NCBI GenBank assembly: GCA_043820265.1
Contig: JBDREA010000097.1
Location: forward strand, 1 to 61,524
DNA from: Candidatus Altiarchaeota archaeon
GTDB lineage: Archaea; Altiarchaeota; Altiarchaeia; IMC4; JBDREA01
Reading direction: 5' to 3'
Length of the DNA: 61,524 nucleotides
The notes below the pieces were generated by a model. That model was not told the DNA's origin. It did not search any database and was given only the letters and a program-made list of their open reading frames with translations. Made by a program: the position numbers and the translations under genes. Shown piece by piece: positions 59,011-61,524 of the stretch (position 1 is its first letter; each line of letters starts with the position of its first letter).

Positions 59011-59880
59011 TTAGCTCTTACAAAGGTTTTCTCCTTGGCATTCTAGTTTTTTCATTTTGCTGCAGCTGAAGTAGTTTTTGAATGCGTCGGCAAGGGGTGC
59101 TCCGCTGCATTCTGCGAGGACGTCTCCTTGGGAGTCAAAATAGACGATGGCCCCCCAGTCGTCGGGGGAGTTCAGCCTGTAAACGTTTTCTTCGCAGCGA
59201 TAGACTGTCCAGTTTGAATATCCTCTTGTAATAGCGAATTCTTTTTTTACTTCCTCTGAAAGTTGAGAGACTTCTCCCCTACAAACGGATGTTAGGGTCT
59301 TAGGTGATAAAGCCTCATTTTCTTCAGGATAGGTAGACCTTTCAGGTTGAATAAAAATTGGGAGGATGAGGATGTGGAAAAATAGAGTAGTGAATAAAGC
59401 AGTTCCAAATCCGGTAACTATTGCTTTTGAAGCAAGTTTTCTGGAAAACTTTTTCTCAAGATGCGATTCTCCTCTCCTCTTTTTTAAAAAACTTAATCCA
59501 GAGAATAAACCCCCCAAACCAGATAAACCAACAAAGAATACAAGATAGAAACTTAGTGAAGTGATCAGGTTTAGAAATAATTGAATGAATAAAATATTAG
59601 ATACAAAAAGTGTTGACTTCTGGAAAGATAGAAATTCTCCAAAAGTGAGAACGGAAAATCCGAAAGCCAAGATCAACCATGAAACTATTCCGACACCTAC
59701 TCCAAGGAGTACTCTGACAAACCAGTTCTTCGGTCCAAGCGATCCTGCGATAAATCCTCCAAAGCTCAGAAAGAATCCATAGACGAGTAGGAGGCCGAAG
59801 ATTGAATCGAGAAAACCAACCAAAGAAATCAGGAAGAAAGGAATAAACCAAAAAGCTAAAAACAAGGGAAAGCCCTTCAA
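59011..59880 (-). CDS. polytopic membrane protein with Cys-containing C-terminal domain
   Basis: 289 aa with about 6 hydrophobic helices, then a soluble domain of about 110 aa containing 6 Cys. No family recognised. Confidence 0.55.
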   Translation of the reverse strand: MKGFPLFLAFWFIPFFLISLVGFLDSIFGLLLVYGFFLSFGGFIAGSLGPKNWFVRVLLGVGVGIVSWLILAFGFSVLTFGEFLSFQKSTLFVSNILFIQLFLNLITSLSFYLVFFVGLSGLGGLFSGLSFLKKRRGESHLEKKFSRKLASKAIVTGFGTALFTTLFFHILILPIFIQPERSTYPEENEALSPKTLTSVCRGEVSQLSEEVKKEFAITRGYSNWTVYRCEENVYRLNSPDDWGAIVYFDSQGDVLAECSGAPLADAFKNYFSCSKMKKLECQGENLCKS

Positions 59881-59979
59881 TTCCTTCCCCCTCTCTCCAT
59901 GTCCTCGTAGGTGAATTTCATTGTTTAGGTAATAGATTTAGGATTATTTATGCGCTGGTTTCCTAAGAAATAAATATCT

Positions 59980-61210
59980 ATGGCAATGAAAATCCCTGAT
60001 CCAGCTCAAGGGAGGAAAAGAGGCATTAAGGTAGTTAAAGAACCTTTCGATTGGGATAGGCGCCTTTTCTCAGATCCAATTAATTGGTCCTGTAGCGAAG
60101 CCTAAAACCGGCCAAGTTGGAAGGGAGAAGGAATTTCTTAAGGGGCTTTTAGCTAGAATCCCAGAAGACGACCTTCGGCTGCGGGCTTTAAGGGATAGGG
60201 ATGGGGAGGGCTGGAAGGGGGTTGAAAGCGAATTAATTGTTCGTTTCCAAGGAACACTCGATGAAAAAAGCATAAGATATTCTGTGAAAGTAGCAAAACA
60301 ATTAGCTGAGAACGGGTGTCCTGCGAAAACGTTTCGCCTATTCCTCCAGAAATGTCGCAACCTAGAAGACCTTGATACCGTCTACGAAGACTTTATGGGT
60401 ATGAATGCCTGTAATGTTTTAAGAGGAAGCGGAAGCCAAGGAGCGCCTCGGAGATTCGAGCAAGGTGAAGCAGCAGCACAGGCGATCGGTAATTTTGCAG
60501 TTAGGAGGCGGGGACAGATACTTCGTGCAAGGAGTTTTAAGAGGGCAGGTATTGGGGCAGTCGGACTAACAGGCATTTCACTTGCTGTTTTCGTAGGTTC
60601 ATTTATTGCTGGATACAAGGGGGCAGAAAGAATTCCTGAAAATGAAATTCCTACGAAAAGAGAGTCATGGGATTATAATTATAAGGTACCCCTTATTCCG
60701 GACACAACAAATGCGAAATTAATGAGGGCGAAAAGAGGCGCTATCAGAGTCTATGCGAATGTCGCCGAACAAGGTGGACTCGACGGATTGATGGAGGAGT
60801 ATGGCGAATTTAGAGGGGAAACCTTTGACAGCATCCGTGTAGCTGCAGGATTAGTCGCACAAGATAGCTTAGGACTGACCGATACGACAAAGATCCCTGA
60901 AGAGGCTTCGAAGCTTACATTATATGCTGCATTGGCCTTAGACATGCTAGATAACGGAGGCTTCGTGTGCTTTGAGTTTCAAAAAGAACATTCGGTAGGG
61001 GACGTTTTGAAATTCCTGGGGTCAAAGGGGGACATACAAAGCACTATCCGAAAGATAAACAATGCAATAGCAGCACAGAGACATAAGAGGCATGAGATGG
61101 AAGACCCGGGGACCGCTGAAAAAGGCGGAAAACAGAAGAAGTTCGCTCCACCTGCTAGCCAGTTCGCTATCTCAAAGAAATCAAAAAAAGGCAGTCGTAG
61201 GGGGGTTTAA
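59980..61210 (+). pseudogene. paralog family member 4, interrupted by a +1 frameshift near 60090-60105
   Basis: Frame 1 (ATG 59980 to TAA 60103-60105) encodes MAMKIPDPAQGRKRGIKVVKEPFDWDRRLFSDPINW..., homologous to the N-termini of members 2 and 3. Homology continues in the +1 frame (open 60035-61210): GREKEFLKGLLARIPEDDLRLRALRDRDGEGW..., TM AGIGAVGLTGISLAVFVGSF. The track only calls a GTG at 60284. Confidence 0.6.
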
Positions 61211-61331
61211 GCCTACCACTCTTCTTCCACATCAGTGTGTGTGTATTTTTTCCCGTCTTTTCGATTGTATTCTGTCATTCTCGTCATGACTAAGGGTTCA
61301 ATTGATGGTTACTCACTATTTATCCTATGAT

Positions 61332-61524
61332 TTACTCCGCTGGCTTGATGATCTTGATTTTTTGTTCGGCTGAGACGAAGAGGATGTCTTTGTGTTCGTT
61401 GAAGTTCTTGAAGAAGTCGAGTCCCTGTTCTTCAAGCTTAGTCAGCGAGAATCCTGCGATGACGAGGTCGGCGTCCTCGGAATGCTCGGATACGAGCTTT
61501 TCTAGGGCCTGCTTAGCCCGGCTG
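61332..61524 (-). CDS. hypothetical protein, C-terminal fragment (gene starts beyond window end)
   Basis: The minus-strand frame is open from the window edge to TAA (plus-strand tta 61332-61334): ...SRAKQALEKLVSEHSEDADLVIAGFSLTKLEEQGLDFFKNFNEHKDILFVSAEQKIKIIKPAE. No family assignable. Confidence 0.35.
   Translation of the reverse strand, partial: SRAKQALEKLVSEHSEDADLVIAGFSLTKLEEQGLDFFKNFNEHKDILFVSAEQKIKIIKPAE

Noticed and set aside
60070-60360. 96-aa minus-strand ORF inside the frameshifted fourth paralog.
   Set aside because: It is antisense to sequence that is clearly homologous, on the plus strand, to the N-domain of the paralog family.
1-61524. Looked for CRISPR arrays, tRNA/rRNA genes, IS/transposase or integrase genes, and long terminal inverted repeats.
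   Set aside because: I found no regularly spaced direct repeats, no cloverleaf-compatible GC-rich segments of 70-90 nt in the intergenic regions, and no DDE/tyrosine/serine recombinase-like ORFs. The only repeats found are those reported above: the double-hairpin element in three copies, the mazG 3' duplication, and the paralog promoters.

Overview
The window reads as a chromosomal segment of an uncultivated-type archaeon. Evidence for this: ribosomal protein S8e, archaeal-type AMP phosphorylase, a four-subunit 2-oxoacid:ferredoxin oxidoreductase, a THUMP tRNA methylase, separate pyrB/pyrI genes, class III (prepilin-like) signal peptides, and TATA-box promoters feeding leaderless or short-leader genes. 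I found no rRNA, tRNA, CRISPR array or transposase.

Housekeeping content: DtxR-family repressor with feoAB, rps8e, pckA, a 4-OT tautomerase, gatB, a ZIP transporter, OFOR delta/alpha/beta/gamma, gcvH, a dUTPase/dCTP deaminase-family gene, argH, pyrBI and proC.

Items worth a second look:
1. An orphan segment of about 385 nt at 4111-4495. It is about 57% G+C against about 33% just upstream and folds into 10+ perfect hairpins closed by two 11-bp long-range helices. It sits behind a TATA box and has no credible ORF, so it is a candidate large structured RNA of unknown class.
2. A 1017-aa protein (7434-10487) that fuses a catalytically degenerate LAGLIDADG-like domain to a complete bacterial sigma-70-like region 2/3/4 module, followed by two extra region-4 copies, all in an archaeal genome context.
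3. A minus-strand locus of about 16 kb (13435-29129) encoding a type IV pilus/Tad-like machine: one ATPase, two separate T2SS-F genes and an accessory protein. It also encodes four prepilin-like proteins of 256, 879, 1530 and 801 aa carrying adhesin-type domains. The 1530-aa protein has a nested domain-within-domain architecture.
4. A double-hairpin element of about 110 bp present three times, each immediately upstream of a gene, with compensatory substitutions between copies.
5. A hicAB cassette bracketed by a duplicated mazG 3' end, next to a Phd/YefM-like remnant.
6. A MoxR-DUF58-VWA-VWA operon.
7. A tandem array of four paralogous single-pass membrane proteins that share a promoter; one copy is frameshifted.

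All family assignments come from reading motifs by eye. No database searches were run.
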